Source of the DNA: Chiloscyllium plagiosum
Lineage: Eukaryota
NCBI RefSeq assembly: GCF_004010195.1
Contig: NC_057718.1
Coordinates: 77,078,079-77,142,078 of the forward strand
Length of the DNA: 64,000 bases
Direction of reading: 5' to 3'
In this document: positions 49,720 to 63,009 of the stretch, piece after piece
How positions within the stretch are numbered: position 1 is the stretch's first letter
Layout: the number at the start of each line of letters is the position of its first letter
Translations under genes and position numbers: made by a program
The notes under the pieces: generated by a model
Databases searched by the model: none
What the model was told of the DNA's origin: nothing
What the model saw: only the letters and a program-made list of their open reading frames with translations

Positions 49720-50225
49720 TGCTACATTGATGTCGGTGCTTGATTGGACTGCACTTAGAATACTCTATGTAATTGTTTCCTCCATATCTCAGGAAAGATA
49801 TTATTCCCATAGAGCAAGTGCACAAAGGTTTATTAGTCTTGTTCTTGGAATGTTGGGGCTGTCGTGAAGCAAGATTGGACAAACTGGACCTGTATTCTGT
49901 AGAGTTTCAAAGAATAAGAAGTGATCTAATTGAAACTTACAAAATACTTCATCCTTAAAAATAGAAGGCAGAATTTAAAAATAAGGACTTGTACTTAGGT
50001 GCAAGATGAGGAAAAATTAGTTTGTGAACCAGTGGAATTTTCCGCCACAGAGGGCTATGGAATCTCACTCTTTGAGTATGTTTAAGGTACAGTATGATAG
50101 ATTTCTGATTACAAATGACACATGTTTATAGGGATGGGGTGGGCAAAAGATATTGAAAGTTTTTGATCAAGCACGATCATTTGAATGGTGGGACAAGCTC
50201 AACAAACCGAATGGTGTACTCATGT
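49720..50225 (+). mobile_element. Degenerate CR1 3' end
   Basis: PYLRKDII.IEQV...LDLYSVEFQRIRSDLIETYKIL. Confidence 0.7.
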
Positions 50226-50344
50226 TCACAGGCTGATCACATGCTTGGGTAGATTTTATGATTGATGTTGTGAAACCAAAGTTCATCTGATGCAAGCACC
50301 TAGGAATTTGAATAAAGAACAGTTTTTCAAAGATCAAATCATAT

Positions 50345-50706
50345 TGTGATTCTGTTCACCGAGCTGGGAATTTGTGTTGCAGACGTTTCATCCCCTGTCT
50401 AGATGACATCTTCAGTGCTTGGGAGCCTCCTGTGAAGCGCTTCTGTGATCTTTCCTCTGGCATTTGTAGTGGTTTGATTCTGCCTCTTCCAGTTGTCAGT
50501 TCCGGCTGTTACTGACAACCGGAAGTGGCAGATTCAAACCACTACAAATGACGGAGGAAAGATCACAGAAGCGCTTCACAGGAGGCTCCCAAGCACTGAG
50601 GATGTCACCTAGACAGGGGACGAAATGTCTGCAACACAAATTCCCAGCTTGGCGATCAGAACTACAACAACGAGCACCCGAGCTACAAATCTTCTCACAA
50701 ACTTTG
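50345..50706. mobile_element. Family E palindromic PLE terminal insertion with opposed hammerhead-like motifs
   Basis: Inverted arms of ~145 bp. Motifs at 50382-50415 (-; gca-ctgaaga..gaaacgtc-tgc) and 50596-50629 (+). Imperfect TSD gatcaaat.at. Confidence 0.85.
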
Positions 50707-51319
50707 ATCAAATAATGTGGATTGAATTTACCACTGATTCCAGCAGGATTCATGCTTTTCATATGGTATTTCTAAAATTGCCTGTCATGTAAAAGGATGT
50801 CATTGAGCACTGACATCAATTTCTAAATCAAGGTCAAAGTATTTCAAACAATCAAAGGAATCTTATCATAATTGACTTAAGTAGTGTCCTGTCAATTCAA
50901 AATCTTGATGCAGTCTTGATACTCATTCAGTGTTTTGAACAGGATTGTTTAGACTTATCAATAACAGTCATAGTCCCAATATAAAGACAGAGCCTGGAAA
51001 CTCACAACTAAAAAAGACACAAGCACCCAATTTAGTATTTCCTTAGATGCAAGTGATTGGAAAAAGTATACCCCTAAGGGAAGAGAGTAGAATAATAATG
51101 ATGAATTACCTGAGGGTAAAGTTTAAAATTCAGAATTACTGTACTGTTGTCAAGGTTTCAAAAGATTTCAAATCCTTCCTTTGAATCTTGTGTTGCCTAT
51201 TCACAGAATGTATGGTGGCCACATTTCCATGAACTGCATACATTTTTTACCTCAGTACCCTTGCCCTCTCTCCTCTGAATTCACAATTCATTCATTAATC
51301 TCTCTGTGGTACCAAGCAT

Positions 51320-51750
51320 GGGTTGGTTGCAGGTCCCTTACCTGAGACAGCATGTTACAGTCATGGGTTCAAATTTTACTTGAGAACCTTGAGAAGAAAT
51401 TCTCAGCTGACATTTTAATGTAGTGTTGAGGGAATGCTGTACTGTCATAACTATCATCTTTCAAGTGAAACTTTAAACTAAGGCCCTCTCCGTCCTCTCC
51501 AGAGAATGGCACAATTTTGAAGAAGAGCATGTTCATTTACTTGGTGTTCTGGAGAATATTTATTCTTTTTAATTGATTTCTCTAAATTGGATTGGCTATT
51601 ATCATACTTATGCTTGTGGAATCTTGCAGAGCACAAATTAGCTGCCATATTTCTATTACAAGAGTAGTTATGTTTGAAATTCACTTCTTTAGTTGTAAGT
51701 ATTTTGAAACACCATTATATTTGAGAAGTCACTACATAAATATAGGTTCT
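51320..51750 (+). mobile_element. DeuSINE (SacSINE1/AmnSINE1-like), degenerate
   Basis: tRNA-like head (gggttcaaat), then tgagggaatgctgtactgtc..tttaaactaaggccc..atggcacaattttgaagaagagca..aatatttat..gcacaaattagctgcc, matching the recalled Deu-domain consensus. Confidence 0.7.
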
Positions 51751-52761
51751 ACTTTTTCTTCTGCTCTAAACCTGTACTTTCACATAAATGGTTCTTTACT
51801 GCTCATAATCTTCTTCTAGCTTGCCTTCTTATGGCCTCTCTATGACCTTGGTCTTCATCACAGGCATGGTCATTTTCAATTACACTCGAGTAACCCTCAC
51901 CACAAACACCCCTTTAACTACTTCCAACCTCACTTCATTCTGTGGCAACGAGTACAAAATATTCAAATTAAATCTGCATAGTTGTTGGTCTTGCTTTCTT
52001 CTCATTTGTTTCATAACAAATGATCACTCTTAGTTTAACTAAGTCAATAATCAAGTTCCTGAATCATGAATATGCAATATTTCAAAATATAGCAAATGTT
52101 TCAATTCCATAGGCAAGCCTATTTTGGATGACTGATATTAATGCATTGTCAAATTTAAGACAAAAATTTAGTGTGCCCACTACCTTCACATCACCGAAGA
52201 AATATTGGCCTTGGAGGGAATATAGTGCAGTTTCACCTGAAGATCTGAAATAATATATTAAGTCCTCCCTTAACATTAATTCTCTTAATATTTCACTTTA
52301 ATGTAGTTTATAAAATAGTATTAATATATCCATTTAAAGTTGCAATTTATTTTATCCTTGTTTGCCTCATATCCTATTCTGTGACCACTTCCACAGTGCC
52401 TCTGCTCCTGACCCTAGTTCTGAAATTCCTCTTTCTCCCAGATCCTGTCTCCACCCTCCAATCTTACTTCTAATGAACTTAGTGTTCATTGTTATCATTG
52501 GGCATATTAGCTGCTCCATTCCTTCATTTTGGCTTCAGTCCTGAACTTACACTGATGTCCTAGGCTCTATTGAATGACAGACATTGATAAATGCAGACCG
52601 TCCTAGGAGGACAATGCTATCTGCACAGAGCAACCTCTGCCATTAAATAGAACGTAGCCAACCTAAAATTATAATGGTGAACATAATTTAAAACTTATTC
52701 ACATTTACAATTTACAAAAATATTTTAACGCTAATTTCATTTTAAGGGTTATTTTATTTTT

Positions 52762-53110
52762 GAACACGGTGGCTCAGTGGTTAGCAATGCTACCTCACAG
52801 CGCCAGGAACCTGGGTTTGATTTCAGCCTTGGATGACTGTCTGTGTGGAGTTTGTACATTCTTTCCATGTCTGCGTGGGTTTCCTCTGGATGCACTAGTT
52901 TCCTCCCACCGTCTAAAGATGTGCAAGTTAGGTGGATTGGCCATGCTAAATTGCCCATAGTGTTCAGGGATGTGTAGATTAGGTGTGTTCGCCATGGGGG
53001 ATGTAGGGTTACGGCTGGGGTAGAGGGATGGGCCTGGGTGGGATGTTCATTGGAGGTTTGATGTGGACTTGTAGGACCAAATGGCCTGTTCCACACTGTG
53101 GAGATTCTAT
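52762..53110 (+). mobile_element. HE1/V-SINE-type SINE
   Basis: cacggtggctcagtggttagc...ggccatgctaaattgccc...gattctat. Confidence 0.85.
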
Positions 53111-53842
53111 AATAAATAGAATGAATGATTGAAGAATGTGCAGTTATGATCCCAGCTAATGGTAACACTAGAAAAGTGAAAATATAGAGTGAAACTTGGC
53201 TTGTTAGATTCTAACTTGATTTTCCTTTAGCCATGAAGGTCTGTTACTGAATACATTGACAAAAGGCTGCCAGTGTACTTTTAACACAACAATAGAATCT
53301 TTATCAACAAGAACACATGATCTAAATTATATTAGACAAAACAAAAGTTGAAAAGACATCTAGCAAATAGATAGTTTAGGCTAACAATTTATATAGTTGA
53401 GTTTTGCAATTGTATCACTTTTAATCATTGTTCATTGAGGTATAGCAAGTATTCTTAGCAGAAGCATAGGAACAGAAACAGGTTGGTCATTCAGCCCGTT
53501 GAGTGTGTTAAATCATTCTGTTAGACATCAGAAAACACTATTCCTTTTATCCCAACAATATACTTAAAAGTACCCAAACTTCAGTGAAAAGTTATCACTA
53601 TCCTGACATTAAAGCTCCTTTCTCACACTCAGGCTGGTACAGCTGCAATCATTTTCCTTTTGATGAATTTCTGTGCCTCACTAAATTTCATTTTCCTTCA
53701 GTCATATCTCTACCTGAGACACGTAAAACAAACCATAAACTAAACTCACTATAACCTTAACTTAATGGCAAATGCAGGAGTTCCATAAATGCAGTGTTCA
53801 GCTACCTTGCCTTTGTACTCTGGCACTAATAGTCTCATACCT

Positions 53843-54291
53843 CAGTATGTAAGTTAACTCGCTGTGCTTGAAGGTTTGTTTTCAGACGTTTTGTCACCAT
53901 ACTAGGTAACATCATCAGTGAGGGTCTCTGGTGAAGCACTGGTGGTATGTCCCGCCTCTCTATTTATAGGTCTTGTCTCTTAAGGTGGGTGATGTAATTT
54001 CCAGTTATTTTTTCCCAAGAGAAGGTAGACAGTGTCTAACTCGATGTGTTTATTGATGGAATTCTGGTTAGAATGCCATGCCTCTAAGAATTCTAATGAG
54101 TGTCCTGGTTTTGCCTGCCCTAGGATGTGTGTGTTGTTCCAGTCAAAGTGGTTTCCTTCTTTGTCTATATGTATAGAAACTAGTCATAGTGGGTCATGTC
54201 TTTTAGTGGCCAGTTGGTGTTCATGTATCCTTGTTGCAAATTTCCAGCTAGTTTGTCCAATGTAGTTTTTTTTATAGTTCTCAAAAATTGC
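53843..54291 (-). mobile_element. Penelope (family D-related) 3' fragment with GIY-YIG tail
   Basis: Minus strand YIGQTSWKFATRIHEHQLATKRHDP; 13-bp TSD tagtctcatacct at 53830-53842 and 54292-54304. Confidence 0.85.
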
Positions 54292-54932
54292 TAGTCTCAT
54301 ACCTATTGACTTTCAGGAATGCGCTGTTTCTTCTTGTCACTGATTTTTTTAATGAACAGTTCAATGGAGATACAGTTGCAAAACTCAAATATAGAAATTG
54401 TTAGTCTAAACTATCTATTTGCCAGCTATATAATGTGCTAATCCAACATTGATATGAAACTCCATTGTCTTCTATTTCAGGATATGCTTTTTTGTATGCC
54501 TTTGAATCTCCTGCTTCAGTGGCCTTCATTGGCAATGTTTAGGAAAGGGAGCCTTTCGCCTAAACTCAGTCTACCATGGAGTTGATTCCAGTTCCTTACT
54601 GTGTGGTTGACTCATTGCATTTTGAATTCGACCAGTTAGCCACATGGTTTTTATAACAACTAGTGATAGGGAGTTTTGGAATGTTGACAACTGCATTCAC
54701 ATTCTGAGAACAGTTTTTTAAGTGATACACTTGAATTCTCTGCTGCAGTCTAGATAAGTACAGTGAATAATGGAAAATATGAATGTTGAATCTTAGTGTT
54801 GTCTGATTGCCCAAATTATGGTATATCTTCTTTGCACCATTTTCAACAGAACTGCTACTAGCATTTTCTTCTATGTACATTGTCTGTGAAAACAGCATGG
54901 GTGTGTGGTCCAATCATCTATAAATTTTCTTC

Positions 54933-55170
54933 GCTGGAAATGTGTTGCTGGAAAAGCGCAGCAGGTCAGGCAGCATCCAGGGAACAGGAGAATCGACGTT
55001 TCGGGCATAAGCACTTCATCAGCCCTTCATCGGGCATCAGCCCTTCCTGATGAAGGGCTTATGCCCGAAACGTCGATTCTCCTGTTCCCTGGATGCTGCC
55101 TGACCTGCTGCGCTTTTCCAGCAACACATTTCCAGCTCTGATCTCCAGCATCTGCAGACCTCACTTTCTC
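54933..55170. mobile_element. Young palindromic family A insertion
   Basis: Near-perfect inverted arms; intact core ctgatga-a-gggc-ttat-gccc-gaaacgtc at 55047-55074; perfect 15-bp TSD ctataaattttcttc at 54918-54932 and 55171-55185. Confidence 0.92.
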
Positions 55171-55989
55171 CTATAAATTTTCTTCCACAATTTTCTGCTA
55201 TTGCTGCTTTCCAAGTAATGCTAAGCCACAAAGTGACGGTAATGGACATGAGGAGTCCTGATGTATAAAGACACTCTTGTTGCTGCTTTTTTCCCCCATT
55301 TCCTTTAGTTAATGATGAAGGTTTCACATTCCACCATGGCCTTCAATGGCCATTTAGACCAGCCCCTGGGCATTTATGGCTCTTCAAAACTCCTCACTGG
55401 CGCTACTGGTGCTGAAGGGAGATTAGATTAGATTTGATGGGCAAACAAAAACTCTATCTTACTGAAAATGTGATCTAAAGATGATTTGCAACTAATATCT
55501 ATGGTGTGGATTCATACTTCAGAAACAGTTCAAGCTAGTGTTTTTATTTTTTTAATCTGTTTTTTATAAGAAATAATGCAGAGCTAAGGTAACATAATCT
55601 TGGCTATGCTGTTGGGTGGATGCAATTAATAGGGTCCAGTAAAAGGCAGGAAAGATTGCCATGGCAGTTGATTTGGGTTGTTACTGTAAGCCTCCAATAT
55701 TTAGATGAAATATGAAAATAACCTACTTTTAGGGGAATGGTTTCTGGTTGTGTTGGAACAAAATTAAAGATTATATTTGTTCTGTATCCAATTAGATTTC
55801 AATCTTAAATAGAACAAAATAGCTGTAATAAATTATGCTTTTTGGGACTTTGGCATAACAGTAGATTGTCTGAAAACTTTTACAATTTTAGAGTAATAAA
55901 TGCTTTCCCATAATTCAGTACTCCGTGAATTGTATATACAGTATGTAGCTTTGCATCCAGTTTCTGCAACCAGCTCTGGAGATGTGCTG

Positions 55990-56600
55990 TTGCCACAGAA
56001 GGTTTCCTTCCATAGATATGCAGTTTATTTGTGACATGCTGAGTGCATGCAGATGAATGCACAATCCTGGCACCATTTATGATGCCCTCGTTCTGTTTCA
56101 CTCTACTTATCCCTCAGGATTTGAGACAAAAATAGTTATTTGGCAACAATGGCTATCATTATCCAACTGGGTCAAGACCCTGGTGCTTGACCCATGCATA
56201 TGATGGAACCAATGCTGCCACATCAGCATTATCAACAACATCAGGTACTTTGGTAATGTTGTTGACTGTCACTCGATTCAAGGATAATGCATACTCCAGC
56301 TTCTGTTTGGAGCTTCATAGGATTGAACAACCTGATTTTCGATTTGCAGATCTTTGTGAATAGGGACAGGATATCCATTGAGATAGTGGGGTCAGGACTG
56401 CAGGTTTGCTTCATTTTCTTTCCTGTTCTATCACTGTGCTGTCTCATCATTAAGGCAATAAAGCAAAATGTAGCATAGGGAGCACATTGTTGCTATTTGG
56501 AATGATTAGTTGCAAGTTTCCTCTAGTTATTAATGTCAATGCTGCCGCACTTCGCTAAAACCTTCAGTGTTTTTGAAGCATTCGATTTGTACTCCCTGGG
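55990..56600 (+). mobile_element. Second PIF/Harbinger transposase relic (possibly continuing at 58440-58650 after a CR1 insertion)
   Basis: RRFPSIDMQFICD (RKGFHSINVQLVCD), PGTIYDALVL, LFGNNGY..NWVKTP. Confidence 0.7.
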
Positions 56601-56684
56601 ACTTTGGCCATTCAGACTTGAGAAAATAGGATCTGGTGGGGGAAATGCTTTTCAAACATCTGGATATAGTCTCCTGTATATTGT

Positions 56685-58230
56685 ATAGGATCATATAGTA
56701 TAGAAGAGGACCTTTGGCTCTTCAAGTCTACGCAGATGAAATAATAACCCTAAATCTACACTAGTCCCATTCTCCAGAACTTTGCCCATAGCTTTGTATG
56801 TTACGAGATTTGAAGTGCTCATCCAATTTCTTTTTAAAGGCTGTGAGGTATCCCACCTCAACAATACTCCCAGGCAATGCATTCCACATTCCTAACATGC
56901 TCTGAGTAAAAAAACCTTTCTTAAAAATCCTGTAAACCTCCTGCCTTTCACCTTAAAATTATGCATGTTGTAATTAACCCTTCAGTTAAAGGTAATAGCT
57001 GTTCTCTAATCCTCATAATGTTATACACCTCAATCAGGACTCCCCCTCAGCCGTCTCTGCTCTAAAGAAAACAACCCAAGCTTACCTGGCCTCTCTTCAG
57101 AGCTGATCCTGGTGAATCTTTTCTGCATCCTCTCCAGTGCAGTCTCATCCTTCCAATAGTTTAGTGAACAGAATTGCAAATTACTCCAGATAAGTCTGAA
57201 CCAAATTTTGTACAGCTCCAACATAACCCCCTGTTCTTATAATCTAGTGTTCTTAGCTGCTGCCTTAAGGGATCTGCAGACAATGACCCCAAGATACATC
57301 TTCTCCTGAGCTTCCTAGTGTCCTGTTATTCTTTGAGTACTCCCTTGCCTTATTATTTATTCCAAAGTGTATCACCTTGCACTTATGAGGTTTAAATTCC
57401 ATTTGTCACCAACTCCCCCATGACCAATCTGTTTATATCCTCTTGCAACTTAAGACCTTCTTCAGCACTGTTGAATACCTGGCAAATCTTCATGTCAAAT
57501 CTTTGCAAACTTACTCATCATCTCCTCCCTCACATTTTATTCTATATCATTCATATGTATCACAAATAATAAGGGAGCCAACACTTAGTCCTCTGATACA
57601 CTTCCAGACACTGGCATCCATCATCCAATTAGCCTTCTACTACTACTGTCTGTTTCTTACCACTAAGCCAGTTTTGGATCCAACTTACCAAGTTACCCTG
57701 GAACAGGTATGCTTTTATCTTTACCAGTCTTCCACGTGGGACCTCGTCAAAGTCTTTGTTAAAATCCATATAAACTACATGAACTGCACTACCTTCATCC
57801 TCACACTTGGTCACCTCCTCAAAAAATTGTTGAAAATAATCGGTCTGTGACAAAGCCAAACTGACTATCCCTGATAAAACATTGTCTCTCTGAGTGGAGA
57901 TTAATTCTCTCCAATAGTTTCCCTACCGTTGATGTAATACTCACTGGTTTATCTCTACTACCCTTCTTGAAAATTGGAACCACATTAGCTGTCCTCTAGT
58001 CCTCTAGCACCACCTCTATAGCCAAAGAAACATTTTTGAAAAATTTTGATCACAGCCCCTGTAATTTTGTCATCTCCTATAGCAGCCTGAGATATAACTT
58101 ATCCAGACCTGTGATTAGTCTATTTAAACCTACTAAAATCTCCAATACCTCCTCATTCCTCATGGTAAACTGCTGAAGACCTTCATAGTCCCACTTCCTG
58201 GATTAATTGCCTCTATCCTCCTTCTCCAGT
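56685..58230 (-). mobile_element. CR1 LINE RT plus 3' end
   Basis: VHVVYMDFNKDFDEVPRGRL, WIQNWLS, ERMQKRFTR, LGLFSLEQRRLRG; tail at the left end. Confidence 0.85.
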
Positions 58231-59104
58231 TTGTCTACAGTATTCTTAGAGAATCACTTAACCTGCGTTATCTTTCCCAACAGCAAGTATTAGTCTTTTG
58301 TTCTGTGCTTTTTAAAAACAAGCTGCTGTTCAAAGTTGAATTTTCAATTTCATCTCAGTTACAAGTCAAAAATTAGAAAAATTAAAGAAAAATAATGATG
58401 GTCTCAATAAAAGTTATAACTTGTTAAGTATCCACTCCCTGGATTACTCTGAAGGAAGTATTCACTAAAGCATATAACATAGAAAGAGGTCATTCTCTGT
58501 CACAATTTATCATGGCCTGGACAATGTTACCATTTTTCTCAGCCTTGCCAGCTTGAATAGGTGCCAACTGAGAAAGAGGAAGAAGAAGAGAGGACTGGGA
58601 GAAGCAAAGAAGGCAGAAGGCTGGAATAATGGGATCACCTCATCTGAGTACAGTTTTATTCACGACAAGCTCATATCCCTATTCTACCCAGTAGCATACT
58701 TCACCTTTTGTCTGGTAACACTGTGCTAACACTGAAATGAAAAATGCCAAAATACAACCATTCCAAAACCATTTTATCATGGAAATCATCCAAAATATAA
58801 TATCAAAGTTCGGTAAGCACTTTTGTGCATTCCTTTGATGCATGTCCTGCAATTCCCTTTGCCTGACCTATTGCCTTTATGCAGTGTTATTCCAATAGTT
58901 GCAGTGTTGCTGCAAGAAATCTTCAGATTTTCATTGGTGGTGACAGCAGATGGCCTTGCATGCTGCTCTTGGGCAGCTTAGGCCCTCAAAGGCCTGCTTT
59001 TGAACTATACAACTTCAGCCCAGCATCAGCATTCTTCACTGAATGGCTCTCAGAAAACAGCGAGTGAATTGGTGGAATGATGCTAGTGAAAAAATGTATA
59101 CTGT

Positions 59105-59375
59105 CATCTTTGGAGCCAGAAACCCAGGTTTGATTCCAGCTTTGGGTGATTGTCTGTGTGGAGTTTGTACGTTCTCCCTGTATCTGTGTGGATTTCATCT
59201 GGGTGCTCCAGTTTCTTTCCATAATCCGAAGATGTGCAACTTAGTTGGATTGGCCATGGCCAAATAGAGGTTATAGGGATAGGGTAGCACGCTGACTCTG
59301 CGAGGGATGCTATTCGGAAGGTCATTAGGGACTCGTTTGGCCTAATGGCCTAATTCCATACATAGGAATTCTATG
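59105..59375 (+). mobile_element. Diverged HE1/V-SINE-type SINE
   Basis: ggtttgattcc, ctgtgtggagtttgtacgttctccc, tail attctatga. Confidence 0.75.
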
Positions 59376-59586
59376 AAAACTGCAGTTTAGTGCTGCGAGG
59401 GACCTCTTTGAGGTCTGGCATCTGTAGCCATGAAGGAAACAGTTTGAGCCTGTTTGGGAGGTAATTGCTTATATGGCTAAAAGGTGAGATTGGATGTCCT
59501 CAGACTGTGCTTTGACTGCAGCATTCAAAAGCTTTCTGCTGGTGTTGCAATAGATGGTGAGATATTGGTCAACATGTACTGCATCA

Positions 59587-59895
59587 TAGAATCAGAGAAT
59601 CCCTAAAGTGTGGAAATAGGCCCAACAAGTCCACACCAACCCTCCAAAGAGTATCCCACCCAAACCTATTCCCCTACCCTATTACACTACTAATGCCCCT
59701 AACCTACACATCCCTGAACACTGAGGGCAATTTAGCATCGCCAATTCACTTAACCTGCACATCTTTGGATTGTGGGAGGAAACTGGAGCACACAGAGGAA
59801 ACCCATACAGACACAGGGAGAATGTGCGAACTCCACCCAGTCACCCGAGGCTGGAATTGAACCCGGGTCCCTTGTGCTGTGAGGCAGCATTGCCA
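59587..59895 (-). mobile_element. HE1/V-SINE-type SINE
   Basis: Reverse complement gcaatgctgcctcacagc..gggttcaattcc..ggcgatgctaaattgccc. Confidence 0.85.
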
Positions 59896-60339
59896 CTCCA
59901 ATATTTGGTTGAGTTTGCAAATGTTCACATGGAGTTGGCTACCACTTTCACATTGAAAAGCATAGGGTCCAAGGTCAACCCTTTGCCAAGTCAGTGCAAA
60001 ACTTCTCCGTGCTCTTTGACAATGGAAGCAAGTTTTCTGGCAGGCATACTACTGTATATTTTTACCCTTTTTATGTATTCCAATCCATCAAAGTCCTAAT
60101 GTGCATCCTCTACAGCAGAAATTATGCACAGTCACCCCATCCTATGGAATTGGTACCTGTGTGTTTTTTTTCACCCTAGTTGTAGGTCATTCCTGTAAGT
60201 AATTCACCACACGTAGACCCTGCCCATATGTTTCTCTATCAAGAATGAACTGTTCCAGAGGAGTGGGGTATGGAAAGGTGGATACCATCATTTTCAATGT
60301 TTACAGCCCTTCCACAGGCTATGACTTCAAATAGGGCCA

Positions 60340-61120
60340 GCACTATAACCCAGGTTCACAGATGATACAACAAAGTAAGCAATGTGGAAGAGGCTGAAGA
60401 GGGATATCAATTGATAGTGAGTGGGCAAAACTATAGCAGATGGAATATAAGGGCATGTTCTATATGTATTTAACCTAATTTAAAAAGGTAAAAGAGCACA
60501 ACATGTTTTGAATGATGAGAGAGTGTCACATTTAGGAATGCCAGGTTATCCTAGTAGAGTGCCACAATATGATTGAATTCTACATTCAGTTTGAAGAAGA
60601 GCAGACTGGGTCTGCGACTGTTCTTAAAAAATGTAAGGGAAATTATGAAGACAGAGGATAGGTCAAAGAGCTGCTCTGGCAAATATTTAAGGAGATAGTT
60701 CAGAATATACAGAATAGATATGTTCCAATGAGTAAGGAAAATTCCATGCAAAGGACCTATCATCTGTGGTTAAGGAGAAATGTTAAAGATTATATCAGGC
60801 TTAAAGAAAAACATATAATTGTGCAAAAGCAGATGGTAGGTGAGAGGATTGGACAGAATATAAAACAAAGGAAAAGAATGACCTAAAACTTAATAAACAG
60901 CGAAAAAGTAGAGTACGATAGAAAACTAACAGAAATATAAAAACAAAGAATTTCTTTAAGTATTGAAAGGAGTGAACAAGGTGACTGTTGGTCCAGATTG
61001 GAGATTATCAGTAGTCAGCCGGAATATAGATTTCAGGTTATAATGGATCAGTCAAATTCTTATTGAAGCGCAGAGCTTACTCAAGAAGTAGAATGGCCTA
61101 ACCTTAGTCCTAAGAAAGAA
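60340..61120 (+). mobile_element. Rearranged, degenerate CR1 ORF2 fragments
   Basis: Relics of FADDT (ttcacagatgatacaa), SEWA..QMEY and EYDRKL. Confidence 0.5.
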
Positions 61121-63009
61121 GGTCTCATTTTTTAATCATATATGTTGTTGATATGCATTTGTCACCATTCTTGTTACTCTGATCTCTATTGGAAAATTCT
61201 GCCAGTTATATTATAGCAATGGATAGCCTCTCCCATTGCTCTTTGCCCAAGTGTAACATTAGCACTGAATAAGTCAGGCAATCTTGTCCAGTCACTTTGA
61301 ACACCTGCTGCAAAACAGATTACACTTGCCTTTAAGAGAAGGAAGCTGATATTTAGCAATGCAGCATAGCTTTAGGTGATGCCAACTTTGCAAAAACTTA
61401 GACCTTCTGCAAAGATATGCAACCTAATTCATTTTGCACTATTATGATACAAATGGGCAGGTAACACAAAGCTCCCATGCTGACTGCACTGCAACAAACA
61501 CGCACATGCTAACTATATATTATAACCCTCATCTTGTTTTCAAGTCTTATTCAATTTCTCCCCTCAAATGCCTCAAGGAATTGTAAAAAGGATGATGGAC
61601 CAGCTTTTGTCTATACTTCTTCCCTTCTGCTTTGTGTCAGGAACGGATTGTTCATCAGTTGCAAAGCACAGCATACTTAATCCCACATACCAACCTTCAT
61701 TAAGTTAATTCTGTTTGTAATATCTCTTTTTTTTCCTGTCTCAGCAACAGCCTCGGTATGTTTTGGAATTTCTGAGGTATTGGATTCACTTTGATAATCA
61801 GAAGCTAACTTTTAAATTAAGATGTGTTATACATGTAACCTGGAAGATTTCCATTTAATGTTTGAAATGGAGTCAGAGACATGTCGAGGCATGTTTTGCA
61901 CATTTCATTTAGGGAAGCACAAAGTGTAGCAATGGGGTGAAGAAGTAGTTTAAAAATTATTCCTTAAGTTTCTATGTATCTCTAGAATAGCTATCCAGGT
62001 TAGGTACTTTGAATATTCTATTGCTTGTCTTAAAATGTAACTTAATAGAGCTTTGTACTTTGAATTGCTGCACTGGCTTGTTTATTGTTCAGAAACTTTA
62101 CTGGGCTATAAGAGTGTCCAGGTTACATTTCTATGGTTACCAATTACAAACTTGTCAATGGTTAAGAAAGTCTTTTGAAAGCACAATGGTGTTTCTTGTA
62201 TTATATTTTCCACTTATGCTTATTAGAAAGATCAGGTTTGTTTTCATAACATCTTAAAATAGTTTAGTACAGAAGGAGGCCATTTGACACATTGCACCTA
62301 TACTGGGTCCTTGATAGAACTATCTAATTAGTCCTACTCCCCAAATCCTTTCCGTATAATTCTGATAATATTTCCAGATCCATGAGCTACCCTTTTGAGA
62401 GCTATTGTTGAATCTGCTTCCAGAAAACATTCAGCTACAAAATTTCAAAATTTCCAGATCCTAATAATTGACTACATAAGAAGATGCATTTCCCTTTCTG
62501 GTTCTTTTGTTAATTACTTTAAATCTATCTTTCTGGTTATCTACAACTGAGTAGTGAAGATTCTGTCTCAGGAAGTTTACAAAAGTTGACTTTCTCCATC
62601 CTGTTCAAACTGGAATCAATACAGGTACATGTAATATTGAACTTTGTAATCAGCAGTAACACTATTCCTCACAACGTCTGTGAAAGGAATCTCTTTCCCC
62701 ACAATCAGTTTGCATCTGTCACTAGGTCAAGGAGATTTAAAAGCAGTGAAGTCATTAAGCAGGTAAACCATCAGTTATATTTATGTATTCTCATGGGGAG
62801 CAACCGGAAAGTGTCACTGAAATTCTTTATCTCTACGTGAAATTTAACAGTACACTTATACATCATAGGTTTGAATATTTTGGTAGCAATATTTTGGTAG
62901 TTCTAATTAGCGATTGGAATATGGTAATTCCTAATACTATTGTTTCTTGTATAGAGAGAAATGAAGAAAACTAGGTTCATGAAATGAAAATGCAAGAGTG
63001 AATCTGAAG

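Noticed and set aside
54596..54913. 105-aa minus-strand ORF or exon
   Set aside because: No recognisable domain, weak splice signals, and it abuts a PLE insertion.
54481..55400. Next large coding exon of the CENPJ-like gene
   Set aside because: Good acceptor, but a stop after 20 codons in the required phase, stops in other frames and a PLE insertion. QWPFRPAPG near 55345 is too weak a match to RPI.. to call.
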